A stretch of DNA of 64,000 nucleotides. Source: Takakia lepidozioides. Lineage: Eukaryota > Plantae > Bryophyta. The stretch spans positions 5,208,001 through 5,272,000 of the forward strand of contig CM060734.1 of assembly GCA_030704615.1 (NCBI GenBank). The letters are read 5' to 3'. The notes below the pieces were generated by a model. The model made no database searches and was not told where the DNA came from. It worked only from the letters and a program-made list of their open reading frames with translations. The first letter of the stretch is position 1. Every line of letters starts with the position of its first letter. Shown piece after piece: positions 1-11,796 of the stretch. The position numbers were made by a program, and so were the translations under genes.

Positions 1-1220
1 ATAGCCGATCTCAACAAAAGAGTTTCATGCATGGAGGAGAGCGGAATTCTCGTCCATTTCCCTGGAAAGAAGGTGAGCAGAGCTTTTGTACGAGATTGGG
101 CCATCAGATACCTGGGAGGAACATGAGAACTAAAATAGCAATTCTGCCATGCCAAAGGTAGAGGATTCTTTTCCATTGTCTTTGAAACACAGGAAGCAGC
201 TGCAAAAGCCCTTCTCTTCAACCCTCATGTGCAAGGATTCAATGCTAACATCTTTTCTTGGTCTGCAAAACTGGGGAACGGAAATAGAAAGCTCTGGGGC
301 CCCAAAATAGTCTCATTGCCAGAGAGAGAAGACTCCGGTCCAAAATGGACCGGCACTAAGAGCCACTTCGCCTTGCGGCTACTGCCCTCATTTGGGGGTG
401 GGCCCTATTCGGGGGTGGTCTCATTGCCATTTATACCAGACCAGTACTTGCTCAATCTTCCAGACATAGCCAATCACTTTGGATATTACCTTGGGTGCCT
501 TGGGATCTTCGACCTCTTCTTTGCACGAGCATCAAGAAGAACAATGCATGGAAGACAGCCACTATAGCATCAAGACTCAATGAAACAGGATTTGCCAAAA
601 TGGTGCTCATGATGCCCGAGGAGGCAACCCTACCGGATTTTATTCACCTCCCAATCGATGAGGAAGAAAACTATTTTTCAATAAGGTTAATTCAGGACAC
701 CACCTCATCTGCCGTTTTCAATTGTGGAGAGCATGGCCACATCAAAGCAGACTGCCCATCGGGCAAAAGAAATCGTTCTCCAGGGATGGAAGAAATAACC
801 ACCTCACCCCTCCGGATCCACACTACATCCCCCGTATGGGAAACGAAAGACGACCTCCCATTTGGGATAGTTACAAAAACTACAATACCAGGGTCACAAG
901 TCAACGATCTCCTCCAATTCAGCCATGCCCCTACAAAGAAATTAGGAGCCATAGCAAATCCCATGTATCTGGAAGCAGGAGTATCTCATCCAAATTGGAT
1001 TGATTGCAAGAAAAAACAGAAGGTCACTGACCAGTCTACACCACTACAGGGAAAGGCCTCAAGCCGGAGTTGGACCCCAGGGGCATATACAACACAATGT
1101 TAACAAGTATTGCCAACAATCCAATTTTGGCCAAAATCTGCCTCAGACTCCAATCCTTCCCCCAACTGGCTTTGGGAGGTTGCTCGCAGTTGGATTCAGA
1201 CGATGATCCCAGGGCCTCAT
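1..1220 (+). pseudogene. Degenerate LINE ORF1-like gene (DUF4283-like domain + CCHC zinc knuckle), 5'-truncated by window edge
   Basis: Frame 1 from base 1 reads GILVHFPGKKVSRAFVRDWAIRYLG..FCHAKGRGFFSIVFETQEAAAKAL with in-frame stops. ORF 495..1103 has a degenerate knuckle (VFNCGEHGHIKADC). Visibly homologous to 60652-61760. Confidence 0.65.
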
Positions 1221-1468
1221 GTGTCACACCCCTGGTTTTCAAAAAATAATAATAATAATAAAATAAAATAAAAGACCCTCCATCCGTCCTTCTCTCCTCA
1301 GTGGAATGCCTCGAGTCACTGTGGATAACTACAAATGATGTTAAACTCTTGATCGTTACATGCTCCCCGAACAGCTACCCAAATCCCATGATCAAGCGCA
1401 AAATTAGAGAATTCTTCAACAACCACCTCAAGCATTACCACCTCTCCTTATCCACAACTGTCACCTGG

Positions 1469-1783
1469 CACTACTACGTTTAGGGGGGGTTAGCGTTGCC
1501 CAACCCCCCACGCTGTTATTTAACAAAATGAAGCGGCCGCCAATTGGCGGTCGCTTCTTTTTGTTATTTGAAAAAAAACGGGACCGCCACATTGGCAGTC
1601 GCTTGTTTTAAAAAATATAAAGCGACCGCCATATTTGTGGTCGCGTCATGTTATCAAAAATAGAAAATAAAGCGACCGCCAATTGGCGGTTGCTGCTTTT
1701 TGTTATTTAAAAAAATAATACGACCGCCACATTGGCGGTCGCCGTTTTTTGTTTCTTTAAAAAATAAAACAACCGCCAATTGG
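1469..1783 (+). mobile_element. CACTA (En/Spm) terminus with subterminal palindromic repeats
   Basis: Starts CACTACTACGTTTAGGGGGGG at 1469. Six copies of GCGACCGCC-AATT-GGCGGTCGC-like palindromes follow (~1533, 1581, 1622, 1672, 1720, 1769) with AT-rich spacers; the last copy is cut in half. Confidence 0.8.
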
Positions 1784-1789
1784 CATTTT

Positions 1790-2512
1790 AATCTGTCACT
1801 GTGACCATGAGACATGTTTGGGGTTTGGTTGGGATCACACGGTCAAACTTCAATTCAAGTGCACGGTTTGCAGCTTCTCTATATACAGTTGCATTTCACT
1901 TCTCAATGCTACGACAACTCTACCCAAATGGCATCAAGGTGCTATTGCTATGACAACCAGCATGTAGCCCAGTGGTAATGGCACATACCCTCTCACGAGT
2001 GGTTGTGGGTTCAATCCACCTGTTGGAAAGTCATTACGGTGTCCACCTTCCCACCGGAAAGCAGTAGCCCTATGGGGTCAAATGACACCATAAGTTACAC
2101 TTGCTTCGGCAACGCGTCCATTTTTTTTTTCTTTTGCTATCGCTATTTTCAGGGATTGGGGGATAGAGATAGCCTTCACAAATTAGGCATAAAGCTCAAG
2201 GTAGTGGTTTCTAGTGAGATCATTGAACGTACTCGTCGTTGCATTTAGGCTTGGTGGGAAGCAAACAAGCAAGCTGGTGTTCTTGACCAGAGCTATCATG
2301 ACGTAGCCTCCCTGCGACGGAGAGATTTATTCAACCTTGTTAGGAAGGACAATGGGTTCGATTTGATTGTTGGGGGCAGTCCTTGTAATAATCTCTCCGG
2401 AAACAACCACGTCACCCACACTGGGCTAGAGGGAAAGCACTCCAGTGTTTTTTTTTAGAGCTCACGGGTTGTCTCAACCGTTCGTGAATTTATGGGGGCA
2501 GACCAGATATAG
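1790..2512 (+). pseudogene. DRM: DRM-type (domains-rearranged) de novo cytosine methyltransferase, C-terminal catalytic fragment, frameshifted and SINE-interrupted
   Basis: Manual translation: DHETCLGFGWDHT..NSSARFAA..YTVAFHFSMLRQLYPNGIKVL[SINE]SLFSGIGG.EIALHKLGIKLKVVVSSEIIERTRRCI*AWWEANKQAG..DVASL..GFDLIVGGSPCNNLSGNNHVTHTGLEGKHSSVFF..SRVVSTVREFMGADQI*. Motif order IX-X-I-II-III-IV-V is the DRM circular permutation. Confidence 0.9.
1952..2134 (+). mobile_element. tRNA-derived SINE
   Basis: Pol III A box TAGCCCAGTGG (1965-1975), B box GGTTCAATCC (2008-2017) and a poly-T tail. 12-bp TSD TGCTATTGCTAT (1940-1951) / TGCTATCGCTAT (2135-2146). Confidence 0.85.
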
Positions 2513-2679
2513 CTTAATGTTGCAAGCTAACCACGTGGAGGTGTTTGAAAGTTCAAATGATGGAATGTTGTAAATTCTACGGACGTGGAAGTGGTAGTGG
2601 TGAGGTACAGAATGAAAGAGCCTTGTATGGGTTGATCAGAGGAAAGTTGGGAGGAGGAAGGTGGAAGCTGGGAAGGGAG

Positions 2680-4500
2680 TTACACTAGAAGGAAAAACGG
2701 CTTTTTCCACGGCTCTGCCATCTCACACCTGGCACATTCCACGGCTTTTATCACGGGTTTGTACACTAAGCCAAGGTGTGGGTCTAAATATGCCCTAATT
2801 GTGGGGTGTCTGACATGTGGTCCACACCCCAGGCAAGAACGGTGTGAAAACAGCCATGAGCGTGGCAGGGGTTGGCTTAGTTTACATGGCATGTTACACA
2901 CCTGTGTGAAATGGGAACATACAATTAACAAAAAACACAAGAAATGGGAACATACACAAGAAGGAGCCTGTGGCCTACTTTTGGTGCCTTGCAAATTGCA
3001 ATAAGAGGCTCCGATCTGTTGGCAAGAAGTACCCGTTGCTCCACGATTACTCCCTGTGGTACACATTGACTGGCCTTCCATGCCCTCTCGGATGAGCACG
3101 ATGTCATGGTGATCATGGATCGAGGTGAGCGAGGATATACATAGTGTCATTGACATACACCGCAATGTAGATTCATGCACTGTAGCTTCCCGCAATCGTC
3201 TCATGCATGACGTTTTTGCTTCAGTTTTCAGCGTTGGTACTTGTGACGGTGTGATGGTTTGGGGGTGAAGCAGTAGCAATGCAGAGACTATCCACATTTC
3301 AGCCTGCGTACATTATCCTTTTGGGTTTTGCCTCAAGTTTATGTACTTAACTGGCCTCTCCTGTCAAAAACTGAGTGTCCCCTGTATGACGTTCAGCTTG
3401 CCTCTTGTTATCTACTTCTCAGACCTTTCAACCATACTGCTTATGAATCTGTAATACTTTTGTTTCATGTGTGGTGCAACAACTTGGTAATGGGCGGTAA
3501 AATTACAAGTGCACATGTGGTGATGTCCACATTCAGAACAAATAACAGCACATCTGGATGGTTGAAGGCATAGCGCCCATGAGCTTCCAGCTCTAGCAAG
3601 AAAGAGTTTTATTTTTGGAAGGACCAAATAATGTGGGGGGTTGCAAATCCATGCAAAGTACACACCCATAATGTGGACTGGTAATTGGTGTCTGTAACAC
3701 ATAATGGTCTTTGGATCGCTCACCTCAAGCCCCCCATACAAAGTATGTATGTTTTTCAAAGAAAGGTCATCTCTACAATTCCAACTCGCAATCATGACAA
3801 AGCGGGGTGGTACATGCAGAGGGATGAAGCACCGAATCTCACAAACATGAGAAACAGAGAGAAATCACAAAGCAAAAGATCAACTTTGGCTATATATGAA
3901 TATGGAATCTCCATGATTCTGAATTCATGGGTTCCGAGGGTGCCACATACCTTCTTGTGATTCATGAACATTCTCCTCCACCATCACATCGCCTCTAAAT
4001 TGAGCAATGATAGAAGCCTCATCCCTGTCACAGTGAGGGTTTTTAATCAAGCCAAAAAATAGAGTAACCATGGAACGAGCCCTCTCTATGAGTAAGTCAA
4101 AGCCATCATAAATAGGGCCACATACTGTCATGTGCGGAGGAATTGAACCTGTAGCCAACTGAATGGCTCTGCCCCATGCATGGCTCTGCCCATGTGACCT
4201 GCAAGCACACAGTCAAAAAAGTGGGGGTTTACGAACTTGCCAAATCCCAAGCATGAACAGAGGGGTCCCATTAGTGGGGAAGACATGTGAATCAGCATCC
4301 ACAGTTGCAATGCCCATCAGATCCAACATGTGACTTGTTGTGCAGATTGTCCCCCGACTGCACCAAACCAGAACAAACATTATAAAGAAGTACATCCCCA
4401 ACACATTGCACCCAACCCCCACAATCTGAACACAGGGAAAATAGAGAGGGGGAGGGAGGAGCAGAGGCATCAGAATTCAGTTCGTAGCTAGAGAGTAAGT
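2680..4500 (-). pseudogene. Possible degenerate multi-exon gene of unknown function inside the CACTA
   Basis: Successive protein-like minus-strand ORF fragments (4213..4470 and 3925..4158 share a frame; also 3412..3795, 2680..3297) with GT-AG-like boundaries. No family recognised. Confidence 0.3.
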
Positions 4501-4745
4501 AAGGCATGGATGTGGGCAGGGGGGGAGATAGTAGAGAGGTGGACTAACAACTGAAGCAACCCAAAATGCCAACATGACGCTATTGCCCTTTTACCAGGAA
4601 TCATCTTCCTCACTTCTACATTCACAGGGAAATAACCGCAACAAGTGGATGCTGCAGCACAGGATGTCCGCTGATTTGGGACTCAAAATGCGCCTCAGTG
4701 TGCCACTCAAAATGTCATATAATGCATATGTCATTTTACCAGGCC

Positions 4746-5470
4746 TGTCGCGGCCCTTTGCCTTGAGGGCAGGGGGTCGGGACACATGAGGGGCTGCCCC
4801 TGTAGTGGGGCCATCGGCAGCGATAGGTATGGGGGGCTGAAGCACCCTTGAGTGCCCAAGGCACTCAAGGAGGCGAGGCGCTCACTAGGTGGAGCCCCGC
4901 ACACCGGGTTGCGGTGGGGGTGGCTCCACAAGGGGTGGTGGTAGCTTAGCGGGACTTAGCGGGGGTGGCATAGGACTCACCATGGGGGCGGAGACCTCGT
5001 GGTGGGAGTCGTGGGGATTCTTGGGACTCATCACGGTCCATGGGGGCCGTGATGAGTGGGCCAAGACTCACCGCGACTCATCACCGGGAGTCGAGGGTTT
5101 TCGTGGTGGTTCGCCATAAAATGGCATGGCTGGCTATGAAACCCCTGCAGACAGCTACAGAAGTATATATAGGGAGTAGTAACCCCGAGAACGGTGCAAG
5201 CCCGTTGGTGACCAAAAACTAGTGAGTAAGCGAACGAGCCGGAAAACGACCAAAGAGAGGGGAGCTGTTCCGGACTGCCATCTACCAAAGGGAATTCTCC
5301 TAGTCCCAAATAGGTGGAGGGTTTAGAGGGAAGCGAAGGGGGACCGTTATGTCCCGGTGAGCAGCCGAAGCTCCAAGTTGGCCCGGGCGGCCAGGTTGGT
5401 AGTCAGGCGCGCGCATCAAAGCGAGTAACTATGACTTGAAGGGGAGCTTACCGAAGTGAGGTGCGCGACA
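4746..5470 (+). repeat. 5' LTR, chromovirus copy 1
   Basis: TG...CA ends; about 10 substitutions and 2 indels versus the 3' LTR, counted by eye. Confidence 0.95.
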
Positions 5471-5472
5471 CT

Positions 5473-5484
5473 TGGTATCAGAGC
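5473..5484 (+). promoter_or_regulatory. Primer binding site (tRNA-iMet)
   Basis: TGGTATCAGAGC, 2 nt after the LTR end. Confidence 0.92.
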
Positions 5485-5525
5485 TTAGAGTTCAGTACGC
5501 GATCGTCCTTGGGATTGGCCTCATC

Positions 5526-8500
5526 ATGGGGTCGGGCAAGCCAAAGCGAAAGCGGAACGGCCCAAAAGATGATGATCCTGGTGAGCCCGATGGGGGCGAC
5601 GTGTCACCGAGGCGGCCGTTTGAGGAAGCGATGAATGTTTCCGAAAACGAGGCCGCTCAAGAGAGGGAGGAATCCAAGGAGTCGGAGTCCGAGGAATCCT
5701 TGAGAGCTCCGACAAACCAAGAGATGCCTCCCATGCCGGCAGCCTTTTGGGAAGGGTTGTTGGCGCAGTTTGGCGGGACGTTGAAAGACGTGTTGAAGGC
5801 GGCTAATGCCACTTCCACTAAGGCAAAGTTTAAGGTGAAGCCTAAGGAACCCGGCACCTTCGAGGGCGTTCGAAATCGGAAGGCACTCAACACCTGGCTC
5901 CTGGAGCTAGAGCAGTACTTCCGGGCGGCCAAGTTGAGTGACGAGGATCGGGTGGAAGTGGCTCCCACCTATTTGAGGGGCTATGCTCAACAATGGTGGC
6001 AAAAACGCCTTCACGACCGAGGCCCAAGCCCGGAAACCTTGAACTGGAGTGGGTTCAAGGAATTGATGAAGAGACAGTTTGTGCCCCTCAACGCGTCCTG
6101 GCTTGAACAGCACATTGAAAGCCTGGACATACCCCCGAATGTCATATGTTTGCTTCAAATTCCTCATCTTGTCCTCGCGGACATGGCAGAACCAGAAATG
6201 GTCTTCAACTTTGTGGCGGGACTGGCCCCATGGGCCAGGCGGAAGTTGGAGGAGAAGCCACCCAAGACTTTCAACGAGGCAATTGAGAGGGCTGAATGTT
6301 TCTCGGATGTCCCTAGGGGTGAGAGACAAGGCCGTACGGAGCTGAACCACAAGAAGACCCGGCGGGAAGGTGACTCCTTCCGACCGGAAAAGAAGTGGGA
6401 TAGGCCACGCGGCGATAATGGCACGTGGAAATCGAAGGGAGGGCCTTCACACGTCAAGGCGGCACCCGGTGCTTTGAAAGGAAAAGCGGGTGGAGCGGCT
6501 TATGGCGGACAGAAGGCGACCTTTGATGGAGTGTGTTTCAATTGCGGGGAGCCCGGGCACATGGCCAAGAAGTGCACGAAGCCCCGGCAATTGAACATGA
6601 CTCGGGCGACCACGGAGCTGTCGGAAGATACCATCAGTCGCTTGGTGGAAGCGGTGGTCGCCAGGACTTGCAAGGTAGGCAACTATTCTTGTGAGTTGTA
6701 TCAGGAAACTGGCGCCCTGCGTAAAGGGAGTCAGTTATTGTTCGTGGATGGGATAATATCCGGAACTAGTGTGTCGTTGTTGGTGGACACAGGAGCGTCG
6801 CACTCCTTCATGACACCGGCGGCGGCACAAAAGCTGGGACTCCCGACAAGTGACGTAGGGGCCTCTATTGAGGTGCGTTCTGCCAAAGGAGAACCACAGT
6901 TGGCGACAAGGTTGGCGTTTAATGTTCCTCTTCAACTGGGGAGTTGGGAGGGACGTGAGAACTTCACCATCTGCGAGATCGATGGAGTGGATCTCATTTT
7001 GGGGATGACCTTTTTGAGCAAATCCGGAGCGGTCATAGATGGCCGCAAGAGAGTAGTCACGCTGCCATGTGGGAATGGTGGCGAGGTCTTACGAGTGTCG
7101 GAAACGCCCAAATCCGTGGGAGGGCGAATAAACCTTCTGTCAGCAAGGGAGTGGGCCGTGGAGGAGGCACACGAACCCCAGTTTTTGCTTTACATTAGAG
7201 AAGTGAAGGGAGAAGGCGATGGGGAGCCGAGCCCAGATTGGATCAAGGGGATTTTGGAGAAATACCAGGATGTGATGCCGGAGGATTTACCAAGCGGCTT
7301 GCCACCGCGAAGAGGAGTTGACCACAAGATTGAGGTGATACCGGGATCGGAACCGCCTGCCAAGGCGCCCTACCGGTTGAGCCACAGAGAGTTGGTCGAG
7401 CTGAAGACTCAGCTCAAGGATCTAATGTCAAAGGGGTACATCCGGCCGAGTAAGTCACCTTACGGAGCCCCGGTGCTATTCGCAGACAAGAAGGATGGGA
7501 CGCTGCGGATGTGTGTCGATTACAGGGCTCTGAATAAGGTGACTATCAAAAACCGGTACCCTTTGCCAAGGATCGACGACCTCTTCGATCGGTTGGCAGG
7601 AGCGAAGTATTTCAGCCGGATCGACTTGCGCTCCGGCTATCATCAAATTCGGGTGGCGGAAGGAGATGAGGAGAAGACCGCGTGCAGGACAAGGTATGGT
7701 TCATATGAGTTCTTGGTGATGCCTTTTGGGCTCACCAATGCACCAACGACCTTTAGCACGCTGATGAACAGCCTTTTTCAGGAGTGGTTGGATGACTTTG
7801 TGATCGTGTACATCGACGACATCTTGGTGTACTCGAAAACAAAGGAGGAGCACCTGGAGCACCTCAAAAGGGTGTTCCAAAAGTTGCGGGAAGGGAAGCT
7901 GTACGCCAAAGCTTCAAAGTGCGAATTCGGGGTCACGAAAGTGGAGTTCTTGGGGCATGTGATTACACAGGATGGGATCAAAATGGATGACAGAAAGGTG
8001 AGGGCGATCTTGGACTGGGAGCCTCCGACTTCGGTCCCGGGAGTGCGATCCTTCCTAGGACTCGCCTCCTATTACCGGAAGTATGTGAGAAATTTCGCCA
8101 AGATCGCGGGGCCGCTGTCGGACCTTCTGTGTAAATCCAAAGTCTGGGTATGGAACACATTTTGTGGCCAAGCTTTTGCTGAATTGAAGCAGCGGATGGC
8201 GGAAGCTCCAGTCTTGAAAATCCCGGAGTTCGATCGTCCATTTGAGATTCATACAGATGCGTCGGACTTCGCGATTGGGGGTGTACTTATGCAAGATGGA
8301 CGTCCAGTGGCTTACGAAAGTAAGAAACTGAATGAAGTGGAGCGACGGTGGCCGACGCACGAAAAGAGATGAAGGCGGTGGTGCACTACCTTGAGCTTTG
8401 GCGCCACTATGTTGGTTCCAACCCAGTGAAGGTGTTCACGGACAATGTCACGGTGAAGTATTTTGCCACGCAGCCCAAGTTGTCCCCAAAACAACTTAGG

Positions 8501-10074
8501 TGGCAAGATACTTTGGCGGTGTTCGACGTGGATATCCAGTACAAACCGGGACGAGACAACGTGGTGGCCGATGCTTTAAGTAGAAAGCAGCAGCTCTTGT
8601 TGGTGTACAAGGGCGAGACGGCGCTCCAAAGGAAGATCCGAAGGCTTGCCGGAAGGATGAGCTGGCGAAGTCCGTGATGCAGGACTTGAGGATGGGGGTT
8701 AAATCGCAGTTCCACTTGCAAAATGGACTGCTCCGGTATAAGCAAAAACGTCTCTACGTGCCAAAGGGAGGGATCAGAGATAGCCTCTTGAGAGAATGCC
8801 ATGATAGCCCGCTTGCGGGCCACGGCGGAGCCAAGCGCACTGCGGCACTCTTGAAGAAAGAGTATTTCTGGCCCAAACTGAGGGAGGAGGCAGAGGAGTA
8901 TGTCAAGACATGCACCACATGCCAACAAAACCGGAGCGAGTACAAAAAGCAAGCGGGGCTGTTACAACCCTTGCCGATTCCAGAGGGGACTTGGGAAAGC
9001 GTCTCGATGGATTTCATGACTGCTATGCCGCTGTCAAAAGGATTCGATGCAATCATGGTGGTGGTGGATAGGTTCAGTAAAATGGGCCATTTCATCCCCA
9101 CCAAGGAGACGGCAACGGCGCAGGAGACAGGGCGACTTTACTTCGCCCACGTCTTAAAGCATCATGGAGTCCCGAAGGATATTGTCTCGGACCGCGATCC
9201 AAAGTTTACGAGTAAATTTTGGAGGACACTTTGGAAGAAGATGGGGACGAGGCTGAAGATGAGCACCGCCTTCCGACCTACGACCGACGGCCAAACAGAA
9301 AGGGTGAATTCCGTAGTGAAGCAGATCTTGCGGAATTACGTGTCGGCAGACCAAACAGACTGGGTGGAACACTTAGACGCGGCAGAGTTCTGTTATAATA
9401 ACACAGAACACTCCGCAACGGGAGTTTCCCCTTTCGTATTGGTCTATGGAAAAGCACCTCTGGTGCCGACAAGTTGGGCCGCCCAGGACGTTGAGGAACC
9501 GGCAGTAGCGGCGGTACTGGAAGAACGCGAGCGTTTGTTGAAGCTCGCAAAGTACAACATTGCCAAAGCTAGGAAACGGTATGAAAGGCAGGCGAATCGG
9601 AAGCGGAGGGAAGTGAAGTTTGAGGCAGGCACAGAGGTCTGGTTGAACATCAAGAATTTCCGACTACCTCCGGAAGTGAGTCCGAAGTTCGTACCTCCGT
9701 ATGCGGGACCCTTTCGCATTCGGAAGGTTATGAATGAGGATGTGTATGAATTGGAGCTGCCGGCAAACAGCAAGGTGCACCCAGTATTCCATGTCTCCCT
9801 TTTGAAGCCTTACTTCAAAGATGAAGCGCGTCCGAATCGGCATCAAGTGTTGCGTCCGCCACCTATGCTGTTGGATCATGAAAATGAACCTGAGTACGAG
9901 GTGGAGGCAATACTTAAGTCGAGGAGGTTCAAGAACCGAGAAACGGAGTATCTCGTCAAATGGAAGGGCTATCATCATGTGGAGGCATCTTGGGTGCGTG
10001 CCTCAGAAATGGGAAACGCATCCGAGGCGGTTGCAGCTTTCGAAGGGCGACCTCAAAAGCGGAAGAAACGTTGA
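5526..10074 (+). CDS. gag-pol: Gag-Pol polyprotein (Gag, CCHC, protease, RT, RNase H, integrase, chromodomain) with two 1-nt frameshifts
   Basis: [41 protein letters not shown], integrase HHCC/DDE/GPF, and C-terminal [18 protein letters not shown]. Frameshifts near 8368 and 8640. Confidence 0.95.
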
Positions 10075-10961
10075 TGGGGACATCAACCTTGGAGCGTGGG
10101 GGAGGAAATGCATGCTTAGCCCGGCTTAGCTAGCTTAGGAATCCGATTGCAAAAACTTGTATTGTACAAAAATTTGTTATAAAGGAAATGGGTTCCAAAT
10201 ATTGTGCGTCCTATTTTGTTTGGAATGGTGATGCATGGTATGGTTGGCTAGTGTGTAGAATGCATGCTAGCTTATAAAAGTGGGAGAGGTAAATTGGGTT
10301 AATCGTGTGTTTGCGTAGTGCCGAAATCGGGTGACCCCATCCAAGGGGCAAGAAACTTGCGACTTCTTTGGGAGTTCACGTGCTAGTGCGCACCTGGCGC
10401 GTGCGCGTACTATAACTGCGCTACCGAGGGGGTTGCCTTGTAGTGCGGGCTAACGCGGAAGCTACGTGCTTCCGTTCACGTACTATAATCGTGTAGCCTC
10501 GGACGAAGTCGTAGTGCGGCTTCGGCGTGTTCCCGTACCTCAGGCCAGCATTCCAAGGCGGACCCAATTGTAGTGATTGGGGCGCACGGTTGGTTCAAGG
10601 TTATCTTCCTAGTCAAAGAGGGTTCCAGGGAACCCTTGCTCAAGGTGATGCCAAAAGCGGCATCATGAGCGATCGCAAGCAATGTTGTTGCAGTAAGGCG
10701 ATTCGATCCTCGGGGAGGATCGTTCCTTGGCCTTGAAGTAGGCCAAGAAGAGTGCACTGGGAGGAGCTGGAGAGGCTCCACCCTTGGCCGGGACTTGGAG
10801 GAAGTCGGCCGAACTAGCTAGTGGAGAGTAGAGTCAAGTGTGGGGTTTGGTTCTTTGCCATGGGACGCCATGGTGCGGAAACAAACTCCTTGATGTGGGA
10901 CGCCACAACTTGGATGTTCGTTTCTACAAAATGGACAAGTCGATGAGGACATCGACTCCCT

Positions 10962-10976
10962 GTTGGTAGGGGTGTG
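10962..10976 (+). promoter_or_regulatory. Polypurine tract
   Basis: G-rich GTTGGTAGGGGTGTG abuts the 3' LTR in all three copies of the family. Confidence 0.7.
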
Positions 10977-11701
10977 TGTCGCGGCCCTTTGCCTTGAGGG
11001 CAGGGGGTCGGGACACATGAGGGGCTGCCCTGTGGTGGGGGCATCGGCAGCGATAGGTATGGGGGGCTGAAGCACCCTTGAGTGCCCAAGGCACTCAAGG
11101 AGGCGGAGGCGCTCACTAGGTGGAGCCCCGCACACCGGGTTGCGGTGGGGGTGGCTCCACAAGGGGTGGTGGTAGCTTAGCGGGACTTAGTGGGGGTGGC
11201 ATAGGACTCACCATGGGGGCGGAGACCTCGTGGTGGGAGTCGTGGGGAGTCTTGGGACTCATCACGGTCCATGGGGGCCGTGATGAGTGGGCCAAGACTC
11301 ACCGCGACTCATCACCGGGAGTCGAGGGTTTTCGTGGTGGTTCGCCATAAAATGGCATGGCTGGTTATGAAACCCCCGCGGACAGCTACAGAAGTATATA
11401 TAGGGAGTAGTAACCCCGAGAACGGTGCAAGCCCGTTGGTGACCAAAAACTAGTGAGTAAGCGAACGAGCCGGAAAGCGACCAAAGAGTGGGGAGCTGTT
11501 CCGGACTGCCATCTACCAAAGGGAATTCTCCTAGTCCCAAATAGGTGGAGGGTTTAGAGGGAAGCGAAGGGGGACCGTTATGTCCCGGTGAGCAGCCGAA
11601 GCTCCAAGTTGGCCCGGGCGGCCAGGTTGGGAGTCAGGCGCGCGCATCAAAGCGAGTAACTATGACTTGAAGGGGAGCTTACCGAAGTGAGGTGCGCGAC
11701 A
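10977..11701 (+). repeat. 3' LTR, chromovirus copy 1
   Basis: Direct repeat of 4746-5470, followed by TSD AGGCC. Confidence 0.95.
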
Positions 11702-11796
11702 AGGCCAGTGGCTGAAGCACAGGGTGTCCAGTGATTTGGAACTGAAAATGTCACTCAGTGTGTCAGTTAAAATGTCAACATGACGCTATTGTCCTT

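Larger units (their letters stand above)
4746..11701 (+). mobile_element. Full-length Ty3/gypsy chromovirus LTR retrotransposon (copy 1)
   Basis: 725-bp LTRs TGTCGC...GCGACA at 4746-5470 and 10977-11701, TSD AGGCC (4741-4745 / 11702-11706), PBS, PPT and gag-pol with chromodomain. Confidence 0.97.

Noticed and set aside
1222-1300. TGTCACACCCC resembling an LTR start
   Set aside because: No partner LTR, PBS or TSD in the window; too short to support.
1530-1783. CRISPR-like array of spaced palindromes
   Set aside because: Spacers are similar low-complexity AT tracts, the context is eukaryotic with no cas genes, and the position behind CACTAC fits subterminal repeats.
1958-2025. tRNA gene
   Set aside because: A/B boxes only; the extra body, T-tail and TSD indicate a SINE.
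5524-9978. Antisense ORFs over gag-pol (also in copies 2 and 3)
   Set aside because: Shadows of the sense frame, except the inverted 6104-6174 segment reported as a finding.
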